64,000 nucleotides of DNA from Camelus ferus. Its lineage: Eukaryota. The notes beneath the pieces were generated by a model that saw only the letters and a list, made by a program, of their open reading frames with translations, did no database searches and was not told the origin of the DNA. The stretch spans positions 34,412,001 through 34,476,000 of the forward strand of contig NC_045697.1 in NCBI RefSeq assembly GCF_009834535.1, read 5' to 3'. Below are positions 13,629 through 27,726 of the stretch, in pieces. Position 1 is the first letter of the stretch. Each line of letters begins with the position of its first letter. The translations under genes and the position numbers were made by a program.

Positions 13629-14879
13629 ATGACCAGAGGAGGAGTCATCCCTCCAGGAACCTCTAAAACTCTCAAATAGCCCTATCCCCGCATAGGGATA
13701 TTTGAGCAGCAGTCTCAGGATCTCTCTATAACTTTTGCTAAGAACTAAAGGTGATTAGTTTAAGAATGTTGGGGCCTCCAATTCAGTCAGAGGACTTCTG
13801 TCTTTTTATATGACTTTAAGGTGTCAGAGGCAGAGATGACCAAACCCACACGCATCCCTGGCTTTGTCCACACATTCAAACATTGCATAACAACAGTGCC
13901 TCTTCCTGGGAAACCAGATGTCTCTGCACTTTGCATTCCAACTCCAGCTTGCAGAGTCATGCATTTCTCCAGGGAGACTGCCCACACTTGGGACTGGTGA
14001 GGAGCCCATGTCCTGCCCTTGTAAGTAGCCCTTACTTCCCAAGGTTAGCCAGGACAGAAAGTATGATCTAATAACAGTGTTCCAACCATTGTGCTGAAAT
14101 GTTTGCTGCCTCATACCTGCTTCTAAATTATAGTGAACAGAGCAAGGCCAGTCCATCATGAGTGAGTCATTTTGAGATCTTGATCTATAGAGAGTGTCTC
14201 AACAAAACATTAATGGCTATATTATGTCTCTAGAGCAGATAGATTAGGGGAATTTAGATTATAACTGAAGACAAATCTTTGTCATTAAAAAAAGTCTTTC
14301 TTCTTTATCAAAAAGATACTAATAAGAAATTTTGGGATAGTTTCTTCCTATTTGTTACCAGAGTAGATAATATCAATTCATCTGTCAGATGATTTAAAAA
14401 AAAAAAATAGGACTGTATGTGAAACCTGGCCTTGAAAAAGTTCTGAAACTTTTCCACTGCCTGACTTTTTCATGTTAGGATGGAAATGACAGTAACTGGA
14501 ATAGAGAGATCTGGGATAATTAAATCAAAAAAGAGAAACATAGGAAGTTTAAATAAACATGGAAATGAATGACCAGAGTTGGAATAGCAAAGAAGCAGAG
14601 TCAAAATGAGTACGACTGCCCCAGATTGAAATGGGTCAAATACAATGTTAACCTAGAGAGATGGAGAGCTGAAGGGTGCAGTGGAAGGCAAGGAACACCC
14701 AACACGAGGGCAATGTCAAATCATTCATTGTATTATTCTTTCTACTTTCATGCGTGATTAAAAATTTCTATGTAAAACGTTTCTTTTGAAGAAGGAATTC
14801 TGAAATATTATTCACTAGTAATCTGAAAGCCCACCCATTATAAACCTCTAGAGATATTTGGTAAAATAAAACAAACTTC

Positions 14880-16330
14880 TTTTATGTAAACAGCTGAAAT
14901 CTCCATAAAGAAAAGGAAATCACAAGATTACAGAAATGCAGCAATGAGCTGAAAATAAGAGCAGTGAGTACATGAAATGACATCACAGGAGTGAACAGTA
15001 TATGGGTGAACATCCCATGAACAGATATTACAATGGTCCTGTCTTGGAGGAAGTCATCAGTCTCAGTAAAGAGATGAGGCTTTGAATCCATAGGAAGTAT
15101 AATAGGAATCAAGACCCTCCCAAAAAACAGGGACCCAACTAGCTCAGTTGTATGATGAGGGAGCTTGTCTGACTCTCCCTAGACTCTGATTTGAAACAAA
15201 AACCTTTCTTTGGGCACTTTTTACTATAGCCCTGGCCCTCCCAAGGGTTTGAAGTTACAACTACACATGTGATCCAAGAGTTCCTGCGAGCTAGAAATTA
15301 ACATAAAATTTGGCCCAGGACAGTGATACATGAGTGTGCCTGGTCAAACCAAACACAAAATTGTCCTAAAATGACATGCCTGAATCCAAGAAAGTTAATA
15401 ATGCAAAGTCATAAAATAAACAGAAATCAATCCCCTAGGAGAAAGAATAAGTCATTAGTCATAACCAGCAGCTATAATAGAAGAATGAGAACTTCAGACA
15501 ATTGAACAATCTGACAGAGGCTATTAAACAAATATGAATAAAATTGAAGACAAAAAATGTAGTAATTAAAACCATTTGAAAAGAATGACACACACACATA
15601 AATAAAGAACTAGATGTGAAAATAAACCAAATAGAACCTCTAGAAATGAAAAATATGTATCAATATTATAATTTAAAATTCAGTGAATAGATTAAAATAG
15701 AGTATTAGACACTGCTGAAGAGAGTTAAAGAATTAAAAGATAAGTCTGAGAAAATACACCTGATTTCAGCTCAGAGATTTACAGAGAATGGATGAGAACA
15801 TCCAGCATAGGAGTAATTACAGTACCAGAAAGAGAGAATATAAAAGTCAGGAGTGAAGATATATTCATAGGACTAATAGCTGAGAATGTTCTCAAACTGA
15901 AGATCTGAATCCTCAGATTTAAGAAGTACGCCTTCTAGACAAGATATATAAAAAGAAATCTACAATATAATCATTATAGTGAAATCAGTTAAGGCAAAAA
16001 AATTTTTTTAAGCATTCAAAGACAAAATGCCAGTTGCCCACAAGGAAACAAAATTTTAATTTGCATTAAAATTTCTGATAGCATCGCAAGAGTCCAGAGA
16101 AAGGTGGAATACATTTTTTAAATTGATGAGAGAGAAAAAAACTGTCAATCACGAATTCTGTTATCTGGCCAATCAAAATTGAGGGTGAAAAAAAAGATAA
16201 TGTTTGACAAACAAAAACTGGAATAGTTTCCACTGAAAGACTTCCCAGGAGTATATTTAACTAAGGAGAGAATTTAACCCAGAAGGAAGAAGCAGGATGC
16301 AAGAAGTTACGGTGATTATGTAATGTAAAC
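14880..16330 (+). mobile_element. Ancient L1 5' region and ORF1 remnant
   Basis: A-rich strand with ORF1-like text: aaattcagtgaatagattaaaatagagtattagacactgctgaagagag...gagaatgttctcaaactg. Confidence 0.6.
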
Positions 16331-18562
16331 TTGAAATCTTTAATAATATTGAAAAAGGGTGTAAGAGCCTTCTTTCTTTAAAGGCTTCTTTTTATTGGCT
16401 CAAAATTTTGGAAGATGAGTAGCACTGGCTACAGAACTTATTTATTCCTATAGAAACAAGAAACCTAGGGCTGACAGCCTTCCTTGCTCAAAAACAGAGA
16501 GAAATAAGAGCATCTTTCAAATTTTGAAGTTTGAAAAAGAAAAAAGAAAAAAACCCTATACCTTGTATGCATAAAGGAACTAAGAAAGAAAAATGATATA
16601 ATTTAAGTTAAATAATATTACTGAATTATTCTGATAGCAGAACTTTAAACTATATATTTGCTGCCTATATTTCCATAGTCTATGTAAATCTTGACTAAAT
16701 TCCTACTATTATAAGATATGCAAAATTGCCTATGTAATTAAGCAGTGAAATGAGGTAAGCAGAAGTGGAAATTTATTTTAAAATAATTATAATGGTGATA
16801 TCATTATGCAGTCTGTACATATTATTGTTTAGGACTTTTAACAGTTATTTTATTACAAGGCCATAAGTGCTTGTGAAAGGTAAAATATGTGGGAAATACA
16901 GAGTTACACAAAGAAGAATATAAAAAGTTATCTATACTACCATGACTCATAGATAACCATTGTAAGTGTTTGGATGTGTATCATTACTGAAGTCAAATGA
17001 CCTAGACACAGCTTCCAGCTTCCTTACTCACTACCTTTATAGATAATACTTAAACTCTCTCAACATTAATTTCTTTACAGTAACACAGGGATATTAATAG
17101 TATCTACTTAATAGAGTTTTCATGTAAGGTATATAGTATAATACTTGGCACACAATAAATTTGACTTATTATTTCACTAGTCTTTTTTTCCTTCAAAAGA
17201 TATACTGTATATTACTTAACACAACATGAACGTATTTAATGTAATAATGCATTGTACATATGCAATGCATGTATTAATTAGTAGCCTGCTTATCCACTCA
17301 CTAATATGCCTTGAACATTTCCATATATCTGTATGTATTCTTTCACAACATTATTTTTAATGGTTGCACATTTTTCCAACAGATAATGGATTAAGAGGAA
17401 GAGGAGGAAGAACAAAAGACTGATTAAAAACCCACAGGAAAGAAAACATAACCCAGAAACAGAGAATACAAACCTTTAAAAATGCTATATATTATAAGAA
17501 AGCAAAAGAAAATAAGTTTAACAAAGCAGGAACTCAAAGACAAAAGAAAAAAACAATGGACTAAAATAAAATGACACTACAACATTAAAAATATTAACAC
17601 AAAAATATTTAGAAATGATAAACTCCTCTTTTATCTTACATTGAAAACGTTGGTTTCTGGCAGCATGAATATAAACCTTTATTCACTTTCTTCTATAATG
17701 TGCAAACAATGTTTCAAAATAACAATCTCAATATAATAATAAGACTACCTAATGAAAACTTGAAATGGGTTAAAGATTTAAATATAAGACCTTAAACCAT
17801 AGAATTCCTTAAGAAAACATAGGAAAAAAGCTTCTTTGCATTGGTCTTAGCAATGATTTTTTTGGAAAAGATGCCAAAAGGACAGGCAACAATAGCTAAA
17901 TAAACAAGTGGAACTACATCAAACTAAAAAGCTTGAAAAGACAACCTATGGAAAAAGAGAATATATTTACAAATCATGTATCTGATAAGGGGTTAAACTT
18001 CAAAATCTACAAGGAACTCACAATTCAGCAGCCAAAAAAGCCCAAATAATCTAATTTAAACATAGGCAGAGGACCTGAATAAACATTTTTCCAAAGAAGA
18101 CATACAAACAGCCAAAAAATAGATGAAAAGATACTCAACATCACTAATCATCAAGAAATGCAAATTAAAAGCACAGTGAGATATCACTTCACATCTGTTA
18201 GGATAGCTATTATCAAAGACAAGAGATAACAAGTGTTGGTGAGCATGCAGAGAAATGGGAACCCTTGTACACTTTTGGTGGGAACATAGAGAAATGGGAA
18301 CCCTTGTACACTGTTGGTGGGAATGTAAATTGGTGCAGCCACTATAGAAAACAGTACAGAGTTTCCTCAAAAAATTAAAAGTAGAACTACCACGTGATTC
18401 AGCAATTTCACTTCTGGGTATCTACCCAAAGGAAAAGAAAAATACTAACTCAAATGATATATCCACCCCCATGTTCACTGCAGCATTATTTAAAATAGCC
18501 AAGACATGGAAACAACTAAATGTCCATCTGTGGATAAATGGATAAAGAAATGGTGGGATATA

Positions 18563-19124
18563 AACTCCTGGGCATATATCCAGAGGAAAATACAATTCAA
18601 AAAGACATGCATCCCAATGTTCACAGCAGCACTATTTATAATAGCCAAGACATGGAAACAACCCAAATGGCCATTGACAGATGACTAGATGAAGACGTGG
18701 TATATATATGCAATGGAATATCACTCAGCCATAAAAAGAATAAAATAATGCCACTTGCAGCAACATGGATGGACCTGGAGATTGCAATTCTAAGTGAAGT
18801 AAGCCAGAGGAAGAAGGAAGAGTACCATATGATGTTGCTTATGTGTGGAATCTAAAAACAAGGCCACAAATGAACTTATCTACAAAACAGAAAAGACTCG
18901 CAGACACAGAGAACAAACTTATGGTTACCAGAGGGTAAAGGTGGTGGGAAGGGATAAATTGGAAATTTGAAATGCATCTCTTGGGGAGTGATAGAAATGT
19001 TATCTATCTTGATTGTGGTGGTGGTTTCATTTGGTGTATACATCTATCAAAATTCATCAAATTATACATTTGAAATATGTGTAGTTTATTGTACAGGAAT
19101 CATACCGCAATAAAGATGTTAAAA
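18563..19124 (+). mobile_element. Nested chimeric L1 insertion: younger L1 3' segment fused to an older L1M-type 3' end
   Basis: Degenerate TSD aaagaaatggtgggatat (18544-18561) / aaagaatttgtgggagat (19125-19142). AATAAA and a short A run precede the second copy. Confidence 0.65.
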
Positions 19125-19539
19125 AAAGAATTTGTGGGAGATTTTATATATATATATGTATATATACACACACATATATATAATCAGCCATATATTAGAT
19201 ATACATGTCAACCATAAAAAAGAAAATCCTGTTATTTGTAACAAAAGGAATTAACCCAGAAGGCATGATGCTAAATGAAATAAACCAAAGACAAATTCTA
19301 TATGGTGTCATTTATATATGGAATCTTTATTTTAAAAGTTGCATAGAAACAAAGTGGAATAGTGGTTGCCAGGAGCAGGAGGGGAGGAGGCGTAATGGGA
19401 AGATGCAGGTCAAAGTGTACAAATTTCCAGTCTCAAGATGAGTAAGTTCTGAGGATATAATGTGCAGCATGGTGACTACAGTTAGCAATATTGTACTATA
19501 TACGTGAAATCTGCTGAGAGTAAATTTTAAGCATTCTCA

Positions 19540-19540
<1 letters not shown>

Positions 19541-19587
<47 letters not shown>

Positions 19588-19594
19588 ACACACA
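19541..19594. repeat. (CA)n microsatellite
   Basis: Near-perfect CA run. Confidence 0.95.
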
Positions 19595-20857
19595 AAGAGT
19601 TAACTATATAAGGTGATGAATGTGTTAATTATCTTGATCTTGATAATCATTTTAGAATATATATGTATATCAAATCATTACAGTGTACACTTTAAATATA
19701 TAAAATTACCTTTGTCAAAATTTTCCTCAGTAATGCTGGGGTGGTGGGGGGAAGAATACTTATTGAAGTTTAAACTTCCTTTGCAATTTTTTTGGTGCTT
19801 AGAGTACATGCCACCAGGGATGTAAAATCAAAATATTCTGTTCAAATATACAAGAAGCCTGAATGCGTGTGGGGTTTTGTGATAAAGCTGAATGTTATTA
19901 CAAAAGTAATATTATTTAAAAAAAAAAAAAAGACAAGTGTCTAAAAAAATACTCTGTTCAAGATCAGTTGGAATAATTCTTCTATTTTGGATGGTCAAAT
20001 CACCAACTTTGAAATACAGTTAAAATAATTTGTTGCTTTGTTTTCAATTTTTACTGAATTTTCCCTCTGGTATAATTATTAAGTAATTCATTTACCTGAT
20101 ATCAAAAATACATGAAAAGTACATTTAGAGATGTCCTGTTTGCATCCCTGTCACCTCCTTCCCATCTCTCTTCCTTCAATAGAAAACATTTTTCTTAGTT
20201 TTTGGTGTATACGTCTACTGTTTATTTTTTAATATATATATTAAATTTTATATAATTAATTATAATATAAATTAAATTATATTATATAAATTAAGTATAA
20301 ATTATATTTAACATTAAATAATATATATTTCCCCTTTTCATTTCTCATACAAAAGGTATCATATTTTATACACTGTTTTGTACCTTGATTTATTGATTCA
20401 CTAATTAGTTTACCGATCACTGTATATATCACTTTACAAAGATCTCCCTTATGCGTTTTCCCAAATGTATCTTACAGTATTGCTTAGCTATATCATGTCT
20501 TTTTAAAATAATTTCTTACTATTGGATATTTAGGATGTTTCCATTCTTTTATGATTATAAATGATTTCAAAGCATCCAGGTTTTGGGGAGCTATTCCTTA
20601 TCAGATTAAAGAAATTTTCTTCCTTTTTTTAGTAAGTGTCAAATTTTAACAAATGTTTTTGCTTCAGCAATTGAGATGATCAATAAAAGAGAGATGTACT
20701 TTATTAATTAAATGAGGAGATACATAAAGTGTCTAATATTAAGCTCTTCTAGCATTTCCACAATAAGGCCTATTTCATTAAGATACAATATATTTTTAGG
20801 TGTTACTAGGTTCAGTTGCTGATATCTCATTTCGTTTTGCATTTATAAGTGAAGTTT

Positions 20858-22095
20858 GTATTAGTCTGCTCAGGCTGCCCTAACGAAACACCACAGCTAC
20901 TGTGGCTTAAACAACAGAAATGTATTTCCTCACAGTTCTGGAGGCTGGAAGTCTACGATCAGGATGACAACATGGTTAATTACGGTGAAAGCTCTCCCCT
21001 CGGACTGTCTTCTCACTGTGTGACCTCTTTTTGTACAAGCATGGAAAGGGAGAGCAAGCTTTCTGGTGTCTCCTTCTATAAGGGCACTAATCTCATCATG
21101 AGGGTCCTACCTCATGACCCCATCCAACCCTTACTACCTCCCAAAGATCTCATCTCCAAATACCCTCATATTGCAGGGGCAGGGCTTCAACATATTAATG
21201 TTGGAGGGACACAGATATTCAACTGACAATATTCTAACCCTGGCCCCCAAAATTCATGTCCTTCTCACATGTGAAATATATTCACTCCACCCCAACAGCC
21301 CCAAAAGTCTCAAGTCATTCTAGCATGAACTCTGAAGTCTAATGTCCAAAGTCCCTTCTAAATATCACCCACATCAGATATGGGTGAGATTCAAGGTATG
21401 ATTCAACCCGTTAGGTAGTTAGATAAGTGGGGGCACTGGGCAGATAGGTAGAGGAGAGGGAGAATGGTCCAGAAGGTGGCGTTATGCCCGCCTCCAGCAA
21501 AAAAGGACTTGACTTTTCCTAAATGAGTGCCAGCAAGAAACCATTTAGAACCTGACAGCCTCAACGGCATGGTAGCAGAAAGGACTTAACCCGATGTTCA
21601 TTGTATAAACATTGTGATTTAGCCCCACCCCTACCCCATAGGTTTTACTATGTACATCATGGGTAAGGACATGTTCAAAGGGACTAAACGTGACTAAGCA
21701 TTCCAGTGACAAGAGCCATCTATCAGTCAAAAGACCACCCGTAAGCGAGGATGTAAGAGAAAGGGGAGACCAAGACCACCACGATTCCTCCTTGAATCAG
21801 TGCCTCCTGTTCTTGGACGTACACTCTTCTTTTCCTAAATAAATCTTTTAAAATCCTTTTGCTGCACAATGCTCTGTCTCCCATCTGTAAGTCTTATCTT
21901 TCAGATAAGACAAGAATTGGGGTCTTTTCTGTTTCCCTTTTGGGCAACAATCCTAAGGCAAAATTCCCCTCCAGCTGTGAACCTGTGAAACCAGACAACC
22001 TATATGATTCCAACATAAAATGGTGGGACAGACATGGGATAGACATTCCCATTCCAAAAGGGAGAAACAGGAAAGAAGAAAGGGAGCACAGGTCC
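20858..22095 (-). mobile_element. MLT1 LTR (20858 to about 21230) plus MLT1 internal sequence, interrupted by an ERV LTR
   Basis: tgtattagtctgctcaggctgcc...ttcctcacagttctggaggctggaagtc, then MaLR internal sequence that rejoins across 21409-21949. Confidence 0.8.
21409..21949 (+). mobile_element. ERV1-type solo LTR, family C (541 bp)
   Basis: Termini (c)gttagg...ggcaaca, AATAAA at 21838, 4-bp TSD aacc/atcc. Splits the MLT1 internal sequence. Confidence 0.8.
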
Positions 22096-22688
22096 CTGCT
22101 TGAACACCCACGGTGCTAGATGTGTCCCCACTCATTACCTGCTTCCCTGACTCTCGTGAATGGCTGTAACGTGACCACACGTGGCCATCCCCAAACTCTA
22201 GAATAAGCAAAGGTTTTTGATTTAAGGTCTTCATTTCTTTCCCATGGCAACCTACCCATATTATCTTTTCTATTTTTTGTTGACTTTAAAGGACACATAA
22301 TATGGTAACAAAGTCACTGTGGCTTAACAGCCATCAGGTCATCATAAATCAGTCTCCTGAAATGTATACCCTAAAATCCTTTGTCCAGGGCACATTCATA
22401 AACATACAACTACAGCAGAAACAAACTTTCTGCATTTGATTACTTAACAATGAAAACATTGGAAAGTAATTCCAAGGAGGGAATTGTAGAATTCCAGCCC
22501 TCCCACTTCCTGAGGGGATAAAATTCTCATTAGTACCTATAAAAGGATGGTTGGCCTTCCCATAAAATTGAAAACTAAAAGCTCTGTTCAATTTATTTAA
22601 GCTAGTTATCTATTATGAATCAGGTTTTGAATCTAACACTGAAACAGCAAGATCTGATTAAAAATGGAAACTCTTAAGCCTGACCTTT

Positions 22689-23020
22689 ACAGGCCAGCCA
22701 AGAAACAAGCACCACTCAGAGGGTAGGAGTACTCAGATGTATGACGCCAGCGGGCTCAGAGGGGCTTCTGCTCCGAAGCTCTGAGCACCTCCAAGACATG
22801 CGCATGAGGTTTTATAGGGTAAAGTACAAGCTTGGGGTATTCGGCCAGTAGGCATGGAACAGGTTTAGCAGCATCATTATCACAAAAGTGGAGGCAGGGA
22901 GGCAGCAAACCAACACTAATTGACTTAGATTTACGAGTTAGTCCAGCAGAACTCAGATCAGTATTCCGATACTTAGATTTGTGAGTTATCTTGTTAGCCC
23001 AGCCCAGCTTTTCCTTCACA
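22689..23020 (-). mobile_element. ERV1-type solo LTR, family B, short form (332 bp)
   Basis: Reverse complement closely matches 27727-28190. Flanked by cttt/cttt. Confidence 0.9.
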
Positions 23021-24807
23021 CTTTAAACTAAAAGTTACTTTTATAATTGTAAATAGAACTTGATGGTGTTTAGAAAAATGATGGATTTGTTATAGAATAA
23101 AAATGGAATGAATTAGCAATCTTGTGTTTTAAAGAACTGAGAATTGAAATGGATTGTGTTTTCTTCCATCTCTGGACCTCTCACAGAATTTCTCAAGTTA
23201 TAAATAATACGTTCATGTCTTAAGGCAGTTCTAGACAATTGGCTACTTGAGGACAGAGCTTCTGTCTGATCCACCATTAGAATCTACATAGTCAAATTCC
23301 AGAGCTTGATACCCAATAAATAGCTATTTATGAGTAAACGATGCTTCTCAGAACATTAACCTAGACTGGCAGAAATTGAGATGTCTCATAAAGCCTGGAA
23401 GGTTACATAGGCATCAGAGTGAGTTTACACCGATTAACATAATCAGAAACAAGTATTGTGAGTCTTATCAATTCAAATACCTCATGCAAGTATTAGGTTA
23501 ATGATGCAGAGCAGCAAAATAGAAGAATAAAATATGTGAACACCAAGAGACAAGGAATGGTTTGCATCAAATGTGAATCAATGCAAAGCTTTTAGCTGCT
23601 TGGAAGTCATTACCATACTTGTTTCAGCTACAAGTAAGTGAAAAGGCATATTCTCCAAAGGCACAAGTAACAGCAAACAGATTCCTATTGATGGGTTCTT
23701 GATCTCAACACAAAACTGTACAAAGACCAAAAACCTGAGCTAGTCAGCAAACTGAATGATTTAGGCAAAAGAATATATAAAGTGCCAATTTTCTTTCAGA
23801 ACCAGAGTGTATAGTAAATTATCTAATTTTTTTAACATTTATCTGAGAATTTGGTTTTTAAAAGATCATGTTTTTCCTTGAATTTGATCAGGATTGATTT
23901 TGCAACGCTGTTATCAGCACGCTACTGTTTTCTCTTTTTTTGTTTTCTCTACATGGATCAAGGGTATTGGGCTGTTCCTCCTGAAGAGGACACTGTAATA
24001 AGGAATCTGGAGAGGAAAGTTTTGAGCCACAAGCCTTTTTGATATGACTGTTTGACTCTCATTTACTATACTAATGTGTTATGGGCACATTAACTTTGGG
24101 GTCACATATCACCTGTGGGATATGATGGCAGGATTCATTTTGGAGAGAGGGTCTGGAAGTCTTGCCCAGAAATCTTTGCGAAGGGAAGAATAGGACTGTA
24201 GCCAAAGGAGAATGAACCAGGCGCTGTTCCATTACCCCTGTCAAAAGCCTAACTCTGCAAATGATGGCGTTCACTCTCTCTAGGAGGAACTCAATATACC
24301 CCAGGGACAGAGTCATCTACAGATGGAATGAAGAGGAAGGAAGGGAGAAAGGGGAGAGAGTGCAAACCTGTATTCTGACTTCCTTTCTCTCTCTCCCAAG
24401 AATTGTGTACTTCTTCATTAGAATGCAACCATGCTAACTAAATAAGCAGGCAACAATTATTTAAATGCTTCACTTATTCTTGCTTAGATGTTGATCATAG
24501 CCAGAGCCCATGGCTGAATCTCACAACTGTTCTTTAAGCCCAGAAAATATGAGTTAGTATATGGAGAGCTCAACTGACTGGACTTGAATCCTGAAGTCTA
24601 GCAGAGCACACAAGGGATGATGTCCAGGGTCATGACTACAGCAACTTTCGGAGTAGCAAATTCCTAATGAAGTAGCAGGACTCTCCTAGGCACAAAAAAA
24701 TCCCTAAACAAAACAAGAAAAACCCCACTATTTTCCTCTAGAGTATGTATCCTTAATCATAATCTGAAGACCACAACAGGCCCAGACATAAAATTTCTGC
24801 TGTCTTT

Positions 24808-25272
24808 TGTCGACTGAAATAAATAAAAGTTAAGAGTTATGTTTTATTTGGCAGGAGGACTCAAGCCTGGATGACAGCCTCTCAGATTGCTCTGAGAGAC
24901 TGCTCCGAAAAGGTAGGGGAGGAGCTAGGACATACAGGAGCTTTACAACAAAGACCAGGTAGTTGGAACATTATAAGATTACTTGTTATCTAAAGAAAAC
25001 CAGGCACCTCAGGTTAAAGAATGTAGTGCTTTTCTATGTATGGTAGGAAGCAAACATTTGGGCTCACTGAATTCATTCCTTTGACAAGCACCTAGCTATC
25101 TCAGGCCAGTATCCTGTCCTTTCTTATTCTGAGTCCGCTCAGAGTGCACCATTGTGAGTGGCTGCAGAGGCTGGGCTGCAGGTCTGTCCGCACTGTGGGG
25201 TGGCGGCAGCCGCTGATGACTTGATTTCAGCATTCTTTGTTTACTGATATGGTTGCAGTATTTTCGTTCACA
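24808..25272 (-). mobile_element. ERV1-type solo LTR, family A copy 1 (465 bp)
   Basis: tgtgaac...gtcgaca termini on the minus strand. TSD cttt/ctat. Homologous to the copies at 26464 and 27681. Confidence 0.92.
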
Positions 25273-25299
25273 CTATGAAGAAATTGTATGGGAGAAAAA

Positions 25300-25685
25300 C
25301 AGCATCTCTACTTCCATTAACCCACAATTGAAACTAAATTATCAATGTAGGCAACAATCATAAAAACAAATTAGAAATCATAGCTATTTTCATATCAACA
25401 TAGTTATTGCAGGCATTTCAAAATATGATCTATGCTCATCCATGTTATAAAATTACAGTTATTGATCTACTGCAGGATATCATTTAATGTGCTGATAAAC
25501 AAACATATATATTATTATATCATGAATTTATATTTCTAGTATTTTGATTACTGAATCTTAATAAAATTGCCTTTATGACTCTGTATAATTTCTTTTAAGC
25601 ATCAAAGTATCATTCTGAGAAGGCACCTGTAGGCTTCACCAGATTGCCAAAGAAATCCTGGAACAAAGAAGTTAAGAAGTTCTGC
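25300..25685. mobile_element. hAT-Charlie DNA transposon remnant
   Basis: Terminal text attctgagaaggcacctgtaggcttcaccagattgccaaag...gttaagaagttctg resembles a Charlie end. Confidence 0.55.
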
Positions 25686-26463
25686 TATAAAGCATCACTG
25701 CTTTTCCTGCGGCTATGACACAAGCAGTTAGAACTCAGGTACCCTAAAGCAGTATTTCACAAGTTGAAGAACTGTACAGGCTTTTACACAGGAAGAAAGT
25801 TATGCAGGTATACATAAAATTAAAGCTAAACGTCTTTACACCTATAGGTCTAACACAACAATAAAATTGACATATATAATATTAACTAATTAAATAGAAA
25901 TTAAACCACAAAACTAATAAGATTTAATTATATTAACAAATTAATGTTAACAGTGTTCTGCTAAAACCATGAATAAATACAGAGCTAACTCCCGAGGCAC
26001 AAGTTCTTCCGCGTTTAGGAAGCTTATACTACTGTGTATCCCTAATGAGCAAGTCCGTTTTCGTCTATTTTAACTGCCACAAAGGCATCCTTTGTACTAC
26101 ATCCCAGTACATGCTTTAGGTTTGCAATTGAGAAGAATGCCTACCAAATCTGCCTCTGTTCCTTTCCTGATGGCTGGCAAATATCTAAGAAATACGGCTT
26201 AGCAGCTGCTTTATCATAAAACAGAAACTCAAATACGGGCACCAAAATTTCTTACCGGTACTTAGAAGATGGTTTATCCAGGTTATTGAGTAGGCTTACA
26301 TTAACTATTTCTATTATCATTGAACTGAAAACACATTTAAGAAATTCTTATAGAGAATTCTGGGATTACTCAGAAAACATCTGAGGTCCCCCAGCCCCAG
26401 ATGGAGAATACTGTCCAAAAAACAACAGAGGAATATAAGCCCTTCACCCACCCACATTTATGC

Positions 26464-26947
26464 TGTGAACAAAAATCCTGCAATGTGAGTGAAAATACTG
26501 CAAACATATCAGTAAACAAAGAATGCTGAAACCAAGTCATCAGCGGCTGCCGAACCCTACAGTGGGGACAGGCCTGCAGCCCAGCCACTCACAGTGGTGC
26601 ACTCTGAGTGGACTCAGAGTAAGAAAGGACAGGGTACTGGCCCTAGATAGCTAGGTGCTTGTCAAAGGAATGAATTCAATGAGCCCAAATGTTTGCTTCC
26701 TCCCATACATAGAAAAGCACTACATTCTTTAACTTGAGATGCCTGATTTTCTTTAGATAACAAGTAATCTTTTAATGTTCCAACTACCTGGTCTTTGTTG
26801 TAAAGCTCCTGTATGTCCTAGCTCCTCCCCTACCTCTTTGGAGCAGTCCCTCAGAGCAATCTGAGAGGCTGTCATCCCAGCTCGAGTCCTCCCGCCAAAT
26901 AAAACATAACTGTTAACTTTTAGGCTACTCATTTATTTCAGTCAACA
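26464..26947 (+). mobile_element. ERV1-type solo LTR, family A copy 2 (484 bp)
   Basis: tgtgaac...gtcaaca termini, perfect TSD atgc/atgc, AATAAA near 26898. Confidence 0.93.
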
Positions 26948-27726
26948 ATGCATATAAGCACAGATTTCCCCTCCAAACTGCACAATAATCTACTGTCAGT
27001 AATCTACAGAGGTGAGTACATGACTCCAAGGACAGCACAACTAACTTCTGAAGACTATAATGAAGACACCAGAGTTCCACTCTTGACAGGATTAGAAAAT
27101 GTGAGGAAAAAAGGAGATGGGACTTTACCTGATTTCAGCTGTCTAATTAGACTCCCTCTCCCAAAATCCTCCCTTGGATAGTTGCCTGATGAATAGTAAT
27201 CCAGGTTAAACTGCAGGACTTGCTCTGACCCTCTTAACTTCATGTTTTTGCAGAACTCACTTTCAAACTATTAGAAATACCCTGTTAAAAACAGAAAACT
27301 AGAAAGAGAATAATCAGGGTTTTTGATTGGTGTGCAAGCTTTTTTACACACTGCAAATTCTGAGTATGTGTTTAGGGCATTTCAGTACAGAGTTATCAGT
27401 GGTAACAAATCACCGCTATTTAGACAGTTTCACTGTCATTATCCAAGTCATTTTATCTCTAGAAGAGAAACTATATAGTTAACTGAGGAAAAAAAAAAAC
27501 TAAACTAAATGTAAGGTGAATGCCCGTTGTTAAGAGAATGGTGGAAATAAATTATGGTATAATGATAGTATGGAATGCTATTCAGTCACTGTAATAATGA
27601 ATTAGAGCTAAATCATTGTCTTAGAGATATATACATAAAGTATTCTTGAGTGAGAAAAACATTGTTTTTCTCTCTGTATGTGTGAACGAAAATACTGCAA
27701 TGTGAATGAAAATACTGCAACCATGT

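Larger units (their letters stand above)
17757..19735 (+). mobile_element. L1MA/MB ORF2 end and 3' UTR, containing a nested insertion, a 39-bp duplication and microsatellites
   Basis: Continuous L1 ORF2 3' sequence that is interrupted at about 18562 and resumes at about 19143. Confidence 0.85.

Noticed and set aside
20225..20330. Extremely AT-rich quasi-palindromic tract
   Set aside because: It is low-complexity TA expansion within an old L1 remnant, with no specific structure supported.
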